DNA of 64,000 nucleotides. It comes from the human T2T-CHM13v2.0 reference genome, Homo sapiens. The stretch is from assembly GCF_009914755.1 (NCBI RefSeq), contig NC_060928.1; one strand, written 5' to 3'. The notes beneath the pieces were generated by a model. The model was given only the letters and a program-made list of their open reading frames with translations. It did no database searches and was not told the DNA's origin. Position numbers and translations under genes: made by a program. Of this stretch, positions 27,747 to 41,509 are shown one piece after another; within the stretch, counting starts at the first letter, position 1; each line of letters starts with the position of its first letter.

Positions 27747-28330
27747 ACACAGGACTGGAGTGGTTTCTAATTTAAAATTAGATGTTGAAGAAAATAAATC
27801 TGGATGCTATAAAAAATTTTACCTGTATCAGGCTAAAAAGGATTTTTTAAACAATTGTCAGGCCAATATCTCATATTGCCAAACCCATAAACTGCTTCAA
27901 GAAACAGATGGAATTTATATCACAGACTCTCAAACCTCATGGGGAGGGATCTTTGAGTCCAATTAACCCCTTGGCAATAGTTAATCTGGAGTGATATGCT
28001 CAAAGCATCCAAAAATATTTTGTCTAGACTTGCCCACTGCAGAATTTTCTATAGTACATTCTCTGGGCAGGACAGCACGGATTCAAGCAGTGGGCAGGGA
28101 CTGGTGATATCTTCTCAGAATGTAGGCTTTCTTTTCTCATATTCTCAAGGATATATCCATAACAACTTTACAAGACAGGTATTCCACCTCAGTTGGAGCT
28201 GCCATTCAGGCTTGCTAAGATTCCTAATGCAAGTGCCAAACCTCAAATTAAAAGAAAATACAAAAACATTTCAGTATGTGCTGAGCTACTACTGACAATA
28301 TCCAAAGATGGCAAAAACTGAAGAATTAGA
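27747..28330 (+). pseudogene. Candidate fossil exon(s); 3' end uncertain (donor at 28179 or ~28331)
   Basis: ttttgtattccag| acceptor. Consecutive ORFs 27736-27966 and 27996-28295 (with upstream VQLTPWQ*LIWSD) in non-repeat DNA. Confidence 0.45.
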
Positions 28331-28527
28331 GTAGAGTGTTTCATATAAAACGTTGCCTGCAATTTTTGTAGATATTTCCAACCAATTTCAGAAGGAACTG
28401 AGAGTTTAAAAATAATCCAACTTCTTTATCATTTTATTAGATTTTGAATATTATCTTCTTCTAAAGTGGTTAAGCCAGGTCAGTTACAAAGCAATGCATT
28501 TAATCGAGTTGATTCTTGTGGCTATAG

Positions 28528-28793
28528 TTTGCATGCAAGTGTACTGTTGGAGCAAAGAGTCTCAGTCTTCTTCCCTGTGGACTGCAATAACAAATGCCCA
28601 TTCTTCTGTAGCTGAAATTGCTTGGGTATGGTCCTTTGAGGAGGCAGAGAACAGGAATGGACAGGCATCTCTCAAAGGTCCACTAGAAGCTTCCAGTCCC
28701 TAACCCCAAGACCTTGTTTGTCTACCAATAGAAGCACTTCATGTATCAATGACATTGGGAAGTGAAGACAAGATAAGAAAAGAGAGAAATTAA
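28528..28793 (+). pseudogene. Candidate fossil exon
   Basis: gattcttgtggctatag| and |gtaagc. A phase 1->0 frame of 88 codons has only two TAA stops. Confidence 0.5.
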
Positions 28794-29530
28794 GTAAGCA
28801 AGTAAAAAAATTTTCTTTTTTTGAAAAAAAAAAAAGATAAATGAAGTAGAAGGGCAAGTAACAAATTAAAAGTGAGGAGTGTTCCAAGAAGTTGATTTAG
28901 CAAAGTGTGTTGATCTTAGACTAGAAAGGAACCAAAAGACAAGTTGAAAGAAAAAGCTTGATTGAAAAAGTCTCAAAGGAAATACATGAAAATCTTATTT
29001 ATGCTGTTGGGTGTGTGTGTGTGCATGTGTGTGTGCTTTCCAGTGCTTCTATTACCGTTACTAAAGTATTCTTCAATAGTTCCTGACAATGTTTTATGTT
29101 CATCGCTTTGACAAACCTCTTTGATCTCCTCCTTTGCCTATGAAAGAATTCCCTTGAAAGATTGTCAGTCAAGGTTGGATATGCTGATTTATTATTGCTG
29201 TTATTAAAAGTAATCACTGACATTTGTAAGTAGTTATACAAGTGCCTAAGTACCTTCACACGTATATCTTCTAGTAGTCATGACAACATTGTACTTCAAA
29301 TTATCAACACCATTAACCCATTTTATAAATGAGAAAAATGTCACTAAAAAAGGCTAAGGGATTTACCCACCATCATTTACTCCAATTCACTTGCACTGAC
29401 TTGGCACTCATGCTCTTTCTCCCATACTATGTTACTGCTTAATAGACAAAGCAAGTTTTTGTAAATAGGTGATATATGAAGTAGGGGGCACTTGCTTTAC
29501 TCAATTAAAATGTCTTTCTTCCAAAGATGC

Positions 29531-29912
29531 TTCTGTGGTTTGATGCTGTGGTTTTAACCCCCAAAGCAACAGTGTTGAGAGGTGGGACCTTCAAGAGGTG
29601 ATTACATCATGAGGGCTTTGCCCTCATGAAGGGATTAATGCTATTATCGAGAGAGTGGGTTTCTGATAAAAGGATGAGTTTGGCCCCCTCTCTCTCCCTC
29701 TCTCACCTTCTCTCAACCTCTCTCACACATGCATGCTCTTTTGCCCTTCCACTTGCTCCCATGAGATGATGCAGCTAGAATGCCCTTGTCAGATGCAAAC
29801 CCATCAACCTTGGGCTTCCCAGCCTCCAGAACTATAAGAAATAAATCTCTGTTCTTTATAAATTAGCCAGTCTCGGGTATTCTGTTATAGCAGCACAAAA
29901 TGGACTAAGAAA
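29531..29912 (+). mobile_element. MaLR LTR (MSTD/MLT1A-like)
   Basis: GAGGGCTTTGCCCTCATGAA, CCAGCCTCCAGAACT, and an end of GCAGCACAAAATGGACTAAGA. Confidence 0.88.
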
Positions 29913-30600
29913 AATAATTACTATAAGTCTGTAAATAGTGTGGGAGGGAACTTGTTACAAGATTAATTAAGTAAACAAAATTAAGACAAATAAATAAACA
30001 TACTCTGATCTCAACCTTGTCTTAAAAACTTGATTGAAAGCAGTCTGGAAAGAATTTCATGTAAGTGTTAACAGTGGTAAGTGAGTGTTGATGGTACAGC
30101 ATAGCAACTAAAAGTTAGACTCTGAAATTACACTGCCTACATTTGAATCTTAGGCTTGCCACCTATTAGCCAAGTGACTGTAGGCAAATATTTTAACTGT
30201 GCTTCTGGTCCTTATCTCTTTAATTAAGGCCATGATGGGATCTATCTCAATTCTCATGACGATTTCTCATATTGAAATCGTCATGAGAGTTAAAAGACTT
30301 AATATGAGTAAAGCCTTAGAACAGTTCTTGTTGTAATACATAGTAAGCACCATACAGGTGTTAGTTATTGATTATTTCTATTGATTATGTGTGATCTTAA
30401 TTTTTATATGTTTTGAAATTTCAAATGTTTAGCATATGTATGTTGATATCCCCCAAAAAACCTATGAAAAGAATAAAAAGTGGCCAGTAACAATTTCCAT
30501 AGCTGACTTAACTGAAAGTTCTGTCCCTTTAAGATTCAGAGCTTCTTTGTAACACTCTCCATTTTTTAGTTCCTTGGAAATTTGTCTTACTGACAGGTAG

Positions 30601-30767
30601 GTGCCTTGTTTGTTGAAGGAAAGCTAAGCGACTTATAGCTATCCCAAAGTCTCCCTGATGAAACCAGAGCAGATGTTTGAGCAAGTATTCAAGGTATCAA
30701 AGATTCCTTAAAGGGACAAACTTCATCTTGAAATCATCAAGCAAAAGAAACAAACAGCAATTTCCAG
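30601..30767 (+). pseudogene. Candidate fossil exon (alternative acceptor at 30597)
   Basis: tttgtcttactgacag(gtag)| and CAG|gtaact. Frame VPCLLKES*ATYSYPKVSLMKPEQMFEQVFKVSKIP*RDKLHLEIIKQKKQTAIS. Confidence 0.5.
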
Positions 30768-30890
30768 GTAACTTTGTGCAAATTAGATGACAGGTAAATT
30801 AATCAAGTTTTCCTGACACTGAGTCTTCATTTACACAACCCTTAACAACTTGCTTTGGGCTATTAGTCTCACCATAAATATGTGCCGCAG

Positions 30891-31282
30891 CAAATGCAAA
30901 AGCATTTACTCTGAAAGTTAACAAAACTAGGTTCACGAGAAACATGGCACACACCAGACAACTGGGAACAAATACAGAAAGCGGGACTTCTTCCAACCAG
31001 ATGCTTCTCAAAATATGTGGCAAACGTTTTAAAGAGTCCTGTAAGAATTTCAAGAACCATTCTTCTAGATTAAGAAAAGCACAGAAGGAATACAGACAAA
31101 GAGCAGATGGTGTGCACAAGCTGTCTAAGATTTTGAAAGGGGAGATATTACAATTTGATAAAGCAGTGGCAGTTTATGTACATTTGAGGCAGCACCAGCC
31201 ATATGTATTATATTTCTATAGACCGTCCTCCTCCCACCACACCCTGGAGACTTCATTACTCAAAGCAAAATTTCTAATTGTG
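30891..31282 (+). pseudogene. Candidate fossil exon
   Basis: Stop-free frame 30878-31288 (~137 codons) and GTG|gtgagc donor. The acceptor is at 30891 or 30931. Confidence 0.52.
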
Positions 31283-31437
31283 GTGAGCTAGAGACACTGA
31301 ATATAATCTTATTACAAAGGTTCTTAAATCATCAATAACTAGGAATTGTGTAATTTGTTTGTAATTAGCAATATGTAGTGAGCTCTTAAATTCTATTTGG
31401 CTTCTTTATAGGACTTTTAAACTGTTTTTTACTACAG

Positions 31438-31630
31438 GTGAAAATACAACAGCATTCTTTGTGTTCATATGCAGAACCAGGCTTCATGACTATGCACTAC
31501 CCAGTTGTCACTCTGCCAAATAGCATGGGGATACAAAGAAGTTGGTACTCACCTTGAAAGGACAACATGAAGCCTTATTGAAGCCAAAATCTCAGTGTTC
31601 TGGAGCCATTTACCTCTACCACCATATCTG
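31438..31630 (+). pseudogene. Candidate fossil exon
   Basis: ctgttttttactacag| and TG|gtaatt. Phase 1->2 frame ENTTAFFVFICRTRLHDYALPSCHSAK*HGDTKKLVLTLKGQHEALL...YHHI has one stop. Confidence 0.58.
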
Positions 31631-32886
31631 GTAATTAAACACGAGGAGGGTACCAACATTTAAAGCATGGCCTTTGTGGCTGTGTCAGGAAACAGTTTTC
31701 CTGAAGAACTCCTCAATGAGACAAGAATTACAGAGTGTAATTAGAAATCGTTTGCCATTAAATATAGTTTCAATTGGAATGTCATTTAAAGGTTTGAGAA
31801 AAAATTCTAGCTCTTGTGTGTCGTTTTGAATTTTCTCCCTGTTGATTACTTTCTGCTTAGAAAATATATTAAGTATAATTAGAGTGAAAGAGAAAGAAAA
31901 ATCACTGATTATTTCTGTATCTGTGAGCAACCTATAGGGAGATTAAAAGAACGTCATTGTAGTATACCTAAGTCCGCAGTCTAAATGAACATTTTTAAAC
32001 TTGTTCTGCCGTGGTGCTAAAAGTAAGAATAGGCCAACACTGAAAAAAAAATTAAGTATACATTCTCCAAATTTGTCATGATTTCCATCCATTAGGTTCT
32101 TGCAGATTGTTGGGGTCTCTTTTCACTCCTGTAGCAGTTACAGATCCACAGCCAACCTCTCTTTCTAAGACATATATTAAAGTCTTCACCATTTGATGAG
32201 GACTTTTCACTGCTAAGATTAACCTGATGGACAAATTACAGTATCTCTCCTGCCAAAATGATGTTTTCCTAATACAAATGCAACTTTGTGACCGACTATG
32301 TTTCATTTTCTCCCTTGCTTCAAATCCTGCTACCTACCGGGGAGAATTTTCACTTCTGACAGCAAAAATAAATCTCTGCATGAAGACAGGTAGGAAAATA
32401 CAGCTTTCATGTCAGAGGGCTCAGATTTTCTATTTCACATTCAAGAAATGATACCTCTTTGAGGTGTTTGGTTGTATTCTGAAAGCAGAGTACTACACAC
32501 AAACATTGATTCTTTTTCACTATTTCAAAAAAAAATTGTCTTCATTGAGCTAAAACCAATTTCAGTCTCAGTTGTCTTATGTACACAGAGACTTCACGTG
32601 AACAGTGATGCCACCTTATCGAGTGGACTCTGCTACCCATTCTAGAGCCTATCTCTGCTTCCTTTTACTTGCTGCCTCTGTTTCCTGCCTACCTGCCCCC
32701 TTTCATCTCTTGCATTTGGTTTCACTCTACTTAAAGTGCTCTTTGATATTGACAACAACCATTCTCTTGGCAAAAAATATTGATGTTTTCATGTCTTCAC
32801 AACCTTGAATTCTGTTGCACTCAGAGCTGTCTCGGTCTCTTCCTCTTTCTCTGACTGCTCTGTTTCTCTCTTCTTAGATACACTGA

Positions 32887-33430
<544 letters not shown>

Positions 33431-35079
33431 TAATGTCAAATTCTGTATTTAACCTATTGGAAATTGACATCCTCATCTTTTCTCCAGATTAGCTCTCCTT
33501 TCTCAGTAATCCAGCTCTATCCTTGATTTCACCGTTAGTTCAGTTTGCCAAATCACAAAACTTAGTATCATTTCTTCTCATTAGTCACAGAATATAAACT
33601 TCAACAGAATGCAGACTTTGTTTTGTTTGCTGATGAAGGTCCAGGTCCTAGAAGAGAGCCTAGCTCAAAGTAGGTTCTTAATAAATACTTACTGAAGGAA
33701 CAAATTGTGAGTATTCAATGATAGAATACACATAAAGTGATTGCTATTATATTAGCTGAAGTTCTCAATAAATGTTACCTATCACATATTATTATTTCTA
33801 TGATTCCTATTTTCAGTAGTAATTGCAGCATTAAAAAGATGACCCTAAGCACCTCATTTTCTTGCATTTATTTATAATTTTTTGATATTTTATTTTTCTC
33901 CTTAATTTTAGAGTGCAGAAACTTTGGTTTGTTGTAGTCCTTTGGCCACAAGGCCTCCAGCATTTACAACCATGCAAAGGAAGATCGCTAAAGAACAGTC
34001 TTCCCTGGTTTTGCAGAGGGGGAGGCAAAGTATAAGAGAGACAGAAATCTGGGAGTGAAAGGATCACTCATCTTGTTTATATGTTGGTTTTGTAGGCACT
34101 AAGTTTGAGGCACAAAGTTTTCGTAGTCCTTTGAACAATAATAAATGACAAATGATCTGAAGAGAATATTAAAACATTTTCAATTTGAATCTTCAAAAAA
34201 GTAGATGGAAGGTGTTCTCGTTGAATTTGGACCACAGGTGACACACAAAAAAATTCAAAATGTTAAATTATTTTATCTCTTTGTAAGATTATTATAATTT
34301 GATAAGCATTCTTATTTAACATTATCAGAAGAACAAAAACATAACAGCAAACAAATATAATTTAATTATTTTGCTCCTGGTGTGTTTTGCCATGTTAAAA
34401 TGAGCTTTGGGGGTTTTGATTTGAGAACCTGCCTCTATTTATGTTTTCTTTCACTATTCTGTTACTTTATGTTGTTTCATTAACACAATTTATATTCTTG
34501 CTTGTTTTCCGTATTTTGTTAATTTTTACGTATATGTAATTATTCATTTTTAGAAACTCTTATTTTGGCAAAGCTAGAAGGTATTCATGCGTTGGAGTAC
34601 AATGTTAATATATCTCCGATTTGTTACGTAGACTCTTGCTTTTAATTCTTTAACTCTCATCAGTCTCCAAATTATACAAAAAAAACACAGAATCTTGACC
34701 TAGAATGGGAAAATACTAGTTTGATTTCTAGCTCTGGTTCTTTCTAGCTGTCTGAGGTTGGCATGATTCCTTATAGTATCAATGAGCCTTAGGGTGGTAT
34801 TAAGAAGACCCACACCCAAGCCAGACATCCTGAATTTAAGCACTGCCCCAGTATCTTCATTCACAAAATGGGGATGATACCAATGCCCACCACATGGGTT
34901 AGTGGCATGAAGTGACTTAATAAATATAAAGCATTTAGAATATTCTCTGGGCATGAAGTAAGCAATGTTGTGAGAATAAAAGGGAATTGAGGGAGCTACT
35001 ATTTGTAAACTCAATATGTGCTCGACCATCTTTCATTTATAAGAACTCATGTAATCATCACAACAATCTTATGAGGTGA

Positions 35080-36414
35080 TGAGAGGTGAGAGTGTGCTGG
35101 CAGTCCTCACAGCCCTCGCTCACTCTTGGCACCTCCTCTGCCTGGGCTCCCACTTTGGCGGCACTTCAGGAACCCTTCAGCCTGCCGCTGCACTGTGGGA
35201 GCCCCTTTCTGGGCTGGCCAAGGCTGGAGCCGGCTCCCTCAGCTTGCCAGGAAATGTGGAGGGAGAGGCGCGGGCGGGAACCGGGGCTGCCCCCGGTGCT
35301 TGCAGGCCAGCAGGAGTTCCGTGTGGGCGTGGGCTCGGCTGACCCTGCACTGGGAGCAGCGGGTGGGCCCCACCCGCCCCTGGCAGTGAGGGGCTTAGCA
35401 CCTGGGCCAGCAGCTGCTGTGCTCAATTTCTCCCCGGTCCTTAGCTGCCTTCCTGCAGGGCAGGGCTCAGGACCTGCAGCCCGCCATGCCTGAGCCTCCC
35501 CCCACTCAGTGGGCTCCTGTGCCGCCCGGAGCCTCCCCAATGAACGCGGCTTCCTGCTCCAGGGCGCCCAGTCCCATCGACCACCCAAGGGCTGAGGAGT
35601 GCGATGGAAGGGTGTGGGACTGGCAGGCACCTCCACCTGCAGACCCCCTGCGGGATCCACTGGGTGAAGCCAGCTGGGCTCCTGAGTCTGGTGGGGACGT
35701 AGAGAACCTTTATGTCTAGCTCAGGGATTGTAAATACACCAATTGGCACTCCATATCTAGCTCAAGGTTTGTAAACATACCAATCAGCATCCTGTGTCTA
35801 GCTCAGGGTTTGTGAATGCACCAATCAACACTCTGTATCTAGCTACTCTGGTGGGGCCTTGGAGAACATTTATGTCTAGCTCAGGGATTGTAAACACACC
35901 AATCAGCGCCCTGTCAAAACAGACCACTTGGCTCTACCAATCAGCAGGATGTGGGTGGGGCCGGATAAGAGAATAAAAGCAGGCTGCCCAAGCTAGCAGT
36001 GGCAACCTGCTGGGGTCCGCTTCCACACCGTGAAAGCTTTGTTCTTTCTTTCTTTGCAATAAATCTTGCTGCTGCTCACTCTTTGGGTCCACTCTGCCTT
36101 TATGAGCTGTAACACTCACCAGGAAGGTCTGCAGCTTCACTCCTGAAGCCAGCGAGACCACGAACCCACCAGAAGAAACGAACAACTCCAGACGCGCCAC
36201 CTTAAGAGCTGTAACACTCACCGCCAAGGTCTGCAGCTTCATTCCTCAGCCAGCCAGACCACGAACCCACCAGAAGGAAGAATCTCCAAACACATCCGAA
36301 TATCAGAAGGAAGAAACTCTGGACACGCCGCCTTTAAGAACTGTAACACTCACCGCGAGGGTCCGCGGCTTTCTTGAAGTTAGTGAGACCAAGAACCCAC
36401 CAATTCTGGACACA
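35080..36414 (+). mobile_element. Solo LTR12 (ERV9/HERV9; LTR12C/D/E type)
   Basis: TGAGAGGTG...GGACACA termini and a 4-bp TSD GTGA (35076-35079, 36415-36418). GC-rich U3, CCAAT repeats and U5 tandem repeats. Inserted into a MIR. Confidence 0.96.
35735..36000 (+). promoter_or_regulatory. LTR12 U3 enhancer/promoter (NF-Y CCAAT array plus AATAAAA TATA-like box)
   Basis: CCAAT at 35739, 35780, 35821, 35899 and 35937; GATAAG at ~35965; AATAAAA at 35972-35978. Confidence 0.8.
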
Positions 36415-37308
36415 GTGAGGTAGGTTCCTATTTTACAAGTGAGAAAAATGAAGTTCAGAGAACTGAAGTAACTTGAATAAAGTCACAGAGCTAATACGTT
36501 GTTGAGCCTATTTTCAAAACCATGAGACATAATGAAGATGGACCTAGTACATGAGGTCTTCATAAGTGTTTTATACCTTACCTTATTAAGCTCCAACAGC
36601 TATAGGAAAAATATAGTATGTTGCAGTCGTGCTTAAGATTGTCTTGCCAAGTTCTATGCTGGGGCATTTTTTTCTATGTCTCAGTAGGTCCTTAGAAATG
36701 TATCAGTGGCTCAATAATCACCTTCAAATGTTGGTCTATATGACTAATGGATTTAAGGGTAAGGTTAATTTTTTGCCTTCTTCTTTGCACCTAAATCATG
36801 AGTGAAATACAGATAGCATAATATTAATTAACAGCTTTAGCAGTGTCTGGCTTTGAACCTGGTTCTGCCACTTTCCATCTGTGTGACCTTAGGCAAGTTG
36901 CTTCAATAACTTTCTCATCCTCAATTTCTTCATTTGGAAAATGGAGATGTTAATGGTGTTGCCCTCATAAACTTGTTATAAGCATTAACTGATTATAATG
37001 CATTCAAATCCCTTAGCATAGTCATGCAGATTATCATGAAATAAATATGAAAAGGGAAAAAGGGTCGTTTATTTCTATGATAGTTTTCTAATTCATTTTC
37101 CCATAGGAACAGTCACAGTTCTAAAACCACTGGACTAATTAATTTCCCAGCAGTTGAATCATCATTCTACTATGGGTCTGGAAGTAAATATGCATTAACA
37201 CTGACTGTCTGGTGAACTAACCTCTGAATTTAAACATCATATATTAGCTTTCTATATTTTATAGGGAGCTCCATGGTTCATATATCTATCATTCACCATT
37301 CTCCATAG

Positions 37309-38013
37309 GATCCATTTTCTTCCTCAGTGGTTTTTCTTAAGCAAGCATGGATTTACTTCATCCATGCCTTTCTCACCCCTGTCATGCTTAAGAGTTACAT
37401 TCTAACATCTCCTACATCATTCTCCTCATTTAAATACAAAGGCATCTGACCTAATACTCCCGAACCATCTCAAGAGTATGACTCATACAGAGAAATTCCT
37501 ACTATTTCAGCATCTCACCCCTGTTGGATGACCGAACTAACCTTATGGCAAATTCAGCTTTAGTGAATGATATTTCTTAGGGTTGTTTTGTCCACAAAGA
37601 CTCCTACTGCCAGAAATACGAAAATGGAAAATATGAGCTTTGCCTAGTAGTCCATCACCATCAGTTTCACAACAGTGACAAAACATTCTTTTCTCAAAAA
37701 GCATCAGCCACTTCCTCAGAGGATTACCTGGTGGAATCTCCCCCCATGCCCACCCAACCTTCACTAACTGACTCCATGGCACAAAGGGTAGGCTGGTATG
37801 AATCCACCCACCCTCTTCCATGCTCACCGACAGCTGAACAAGCCCCACACTTCTCCCTCCAAATAACTGGCAATGCCAGCAGAGACTTGGAACAGCAGGC
37901 AGACAAAGAAAAACAATTTAATTTCTCTCTGACTGGCTGCGGCTTTCCAAATGTGACAGCTTTTCTAACCAAATGGCTTGTATTCTAGTCAGTTAGACTG
38001 AGGAAGAAACAGG
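37309..38013 (+). pseudogene. Candidate fossil exon (large, frameshifted)
   Basis: attcaccattctccatag| phase-2 acceptor continues ...HHI-W-IHFLPQWFFLSKHGF. Stop-free frame 37581-37985 (135 codons). Weak donor |gtgaac. Confidence 0.5.
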
Positions 38014-38576
38014 GTGAACAGTGACACCAAATGGTTAGATATACTAAGAAAGAGTGTTTATATCCTGTGCCACATCAGAAATGACTGAGGTGGCTTACAT
38101 AGATAAGTAATAGTCAATAAAATAACAAATTAAAAGTAGGTAGTAAATTAGGAAACAAAATACTTTGAGACCTAAAAATGTCTACAGAATAGTAGATTTA
38201 AAAAAAAAAAAAAGCTAATTTGAGCCACTAATTCACTTTCTAGCAGTGCAGAGGAAAAAAAGGAAATCTGTTCAGTTTCAAAGGAGAAGTACAATTCTTC
38301 CTCAAGCTACAATGACAGAAATTTCTAATAACAGGCTTTTAAGTATCTATTAAAAACTAGAGACCTTGGAAATGTACTTCATCCTTGCTTTTTTTCTTTG
38401 TGTGTATTTTCATTTATGTTATCTTTTCCAAATCTAATTTTCTAAACTTTTAGTTTAGATTTTTATTTGATACCACTGGATCATACTTAATTACAATCTT
38501 TATTCAGTCTCTGCTCAATTAAAAGCAGCCAAGTAGAACAGCTGTTTCTAAGAATATGTATTTTTTAAGTTATCAG

Positions 38577-39007
38577 TGGAAAGTCCAGTGAGCAAGAAGA
38601 AAGACAATGCAGAAATTTCCGTTTGATAGGATTAGTTGTTCATGATGATGTTCAGAACATCTCTAGTCCAACCAATTTATCAAACTATTAAGTTGCACTT
38701 AAAGCTTATAGTACTTTGGGAGGCTGAGGTGGGCAGATCACCTGAGGTCAGGAGTTCGAGACCAGCCTGGCCAACATGGTGAAACCTTGTCTCTATTAAA
38801 AATACAAAAATTAGCTGTACTAATTAGCAGTACTCGGGAGGCTGAGGCAGGAGAATCGCTTGAACCCAGGAGGCGGAGGTTGCAGTGAGCTGAGACTGCC
38901 ATTGTACTCCAGCCTGGGCAACAAGAGCAAAACTCTGTCTCAAAGAGAAAAAAAAAAGCTTATATAACTTGTTCGATAATGTTTAATATGGATTTACTGA
39001 GAAAATG
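38577..39007 (+). pseudogene. Candidate fossil exon split by an Alu
   Basis: ttttttaagttatcag| and TG|gtaggc. Removing the Alu and one TSD copy restores [57 protein letters not shown]. Confidence 0.55.
38711..38957 (+). mobile_element. 5'-truncated AluS (Sq/Sp-like)
   Basis: TSD AAAGCTTATA at 38701-38710 and 38955-38964. Confidence 0.93.
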
Positions 39008-39547
39008 GTAGGCTGTAGAGCATGTTACAGAGAACAGAATTAAGTGATATGAACAGTGAACAAGCTACAAAAATAAAGAAAAATGGTATCTAAGGAATAT
39101 ATAGAAGCTCAAACTGAAGAATAAGAAATGAGAATGATAAGCATGCATGGGGGAAAAGAAGAAATTATCTAAATCATAAGAAGCAAAATGTATGGCAAAA
39201 ACAGATTATTGATGACTTTAAATGAAGGGAATGGAGAACAAGATGAAAGAGACAGATAGGAGATGTGAAGAAAATAAAACATTGAGTCAGAAAGAGAGGA
39301 AATCTAAGAATGATTTTACAATAACAGCTGGCAATTTTAGCTTACTCAAAGGTTAAAGTGCCAGAAAGTAAAGAAATGTGGAAAGAAACACGTAGTTGGC
39401 TCCTAATGGGCTCTTAAAAAACACGTTAGATTTTGGTTGCTGCTGAGACAGAAAGAGATAGGGGAATGAAAATAAGAAGAGAATTTGTAGATGAAAGAGA
39501 ATGGATCAATGAATTTCTTTTCTGTTTCATATTCTTCCCATCACAAG

Positions 39548-39653
39548 ATATAAAGGGATAGTCAGAGAATTACCGGGATGATTGACATGTCAGAAAATAA
39601 GAACTCTGAGAAAAGATTAAATAAAAGCCAGTCTTTCCCCCACAAAATAATAG
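39548..39653 (+). pseudogene. Candidate fossil exon
   Basis: Long pyrimidine tract ...attcttcccatcacaag| and AG|gtgaat. Frame I*RDSQRITGMIDMSENKNSEKRLNKSQSFPHKII. Confidence 0.45.
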
Positions 39654-39989
39654 GTGAATGGTAATAATGTTTTCCACAAGTTGAGCTGCTAGCCATTCCT
39701 GCTGCATCCAATTGAGCTCATTGTTAAACTCTCTATACACCTTTTGATCATAAGGAAAAACTGAGAATCCTGAAAGCTCCTTCTTCCTCCCCTTTGTTCA
39801 CATCTCTATCATATTGGATATTAATTTGTACTGACTTCTTTGACATGTGTATTTCCCCTACTAGACTACGAACTCTCCAGGACCAGGGACCAGAGTCATT
39901 TTGTATATTCATGCCTAATATCCAAGATCTCTCTCTGTATATTTATAGTCTACCATTTTTCCAGGAAGGGTTTAATGTGTCACCTGATT

Positions 39990-40810
39990 TTTGTTGAGAG
40001 AATCTGCTCTGCCAGTCTTCACTCTTTCCATTTCTCATAGTCATTTATTCAATTTCAATTTCTTGATCCAAAAATGTAGTCGTTATTCTTGATTCTTCTC
40101 CTTCTCTGCTTTTCCCTAATTCAGTCCATCACCAAATCCCATCAGTCTTCTTTTCAGTATGAATCTTGCATCATCACCTCTCATCACTTCACCATCACTT
40201 CCCATCCTGGGCTATGGAAACAGCTTTCCAAGTAGTCTCCCTGCATTCCCTTTTGCCCTTCTGTGTTTATTCTTTGCAGATCAGCCAAAGAAATCTTTCA
40301 AAGTCTAATTCCAATCATATCATTTGCCTAATTAAAAACTGATGTCTTCCCATTGCTCTCAGAACATTCCCCACAACCTGGCTTCCTTTCTTGCCATCCT
40401 CTCATCTCTCCCTTGCTCAATGGACTCAGTCTGCAGTGGCCTTCTTGTTGTGCCTTGAAAAAGTCAAATTTATCCCTGTCACTTACCCTTGCTCTACTGC
40501 CTGGAATGCTCTTCACCCATATCCTTGAATAACTAACACTGTCTAATCATTCATTCTCTTCTCAAATGTTACTTTCCTAAGATGCATTTCCAGACCATCT
40601 TTTCTAAATGAGCATACATAGATTACCTCACTCTGTTTTATTTTCTTCACAACACTTGTTACTCTCTGAAATTTTATGCTTATGTATTTTCTATTTCCTA
40701 TGCAGAAATATAAACTCTCATAAATGCAAATATTTTGTCTATTCACCACTGTAGCTCTACATCTCCAGGATCCTAAACACATAGAAGATGCTTAATAAAT
40801 AAATGCCAAA
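39990..40810 (+). mobile_element. L2 LINE 3' relic
   Basis: CTGCCTGGAATGCTCTT, TTGTCTATTCACCACTGTA and ACATAGAAGATGCTTAATAAAT L2 3' motifs. Confidence 0.75.
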
Positions 40811-40937
40811 TGGGCAAATAGATATGTTTGCACAATCAGGTCTTAGGTTCAGGGATAAACACTTTCCATTCATTATCTGACACTTATGTTAGTTGTATGT
40901 CTTGGTTTCTTATTAAATAAAATTATTATAATTTTTA

Positions 40938-41279
<342 letters not shown>

Positions 41280-41509
41280 TTAAAATGTTAAGGACTGTTA
41301 CTTTTCAGGAAATGGTTCTATGCTAATGAAATGAATCAAAAGTGTTTGGAGATGAAAAGAATTCTAATATGCCATCCAGTCAAATCTCACACCTATTTCT
41401 CAGTTTCCTCTATGCTCAGACCCTGTTTAACACTTTAGAACAAGGGTACCCACTGCCTCACAAGGCACCATATCTTGCTGTTAGAAAGCTAGCGTTATCA
41501 CACTGAACT

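Noticed and set aside
35076-36242. Many overlapping ORFs on both strands
   Set aside because: A by-product of the GC-rich LTR12 sequence.
36100-36400. Spaced direct repeats resembling a CRISPR array (also 44720-44995)
   Set aside because: These are the normal internal tandem repeats of LTR12 U5 and MER52. The context is eukaryotic, with no unique spacers or cas genes.
41309-41445. Possible additional exon after a cttttcag acceptor
   Set aside because: Weak donor, ambiguous frame and no phase support, so it was not listed.
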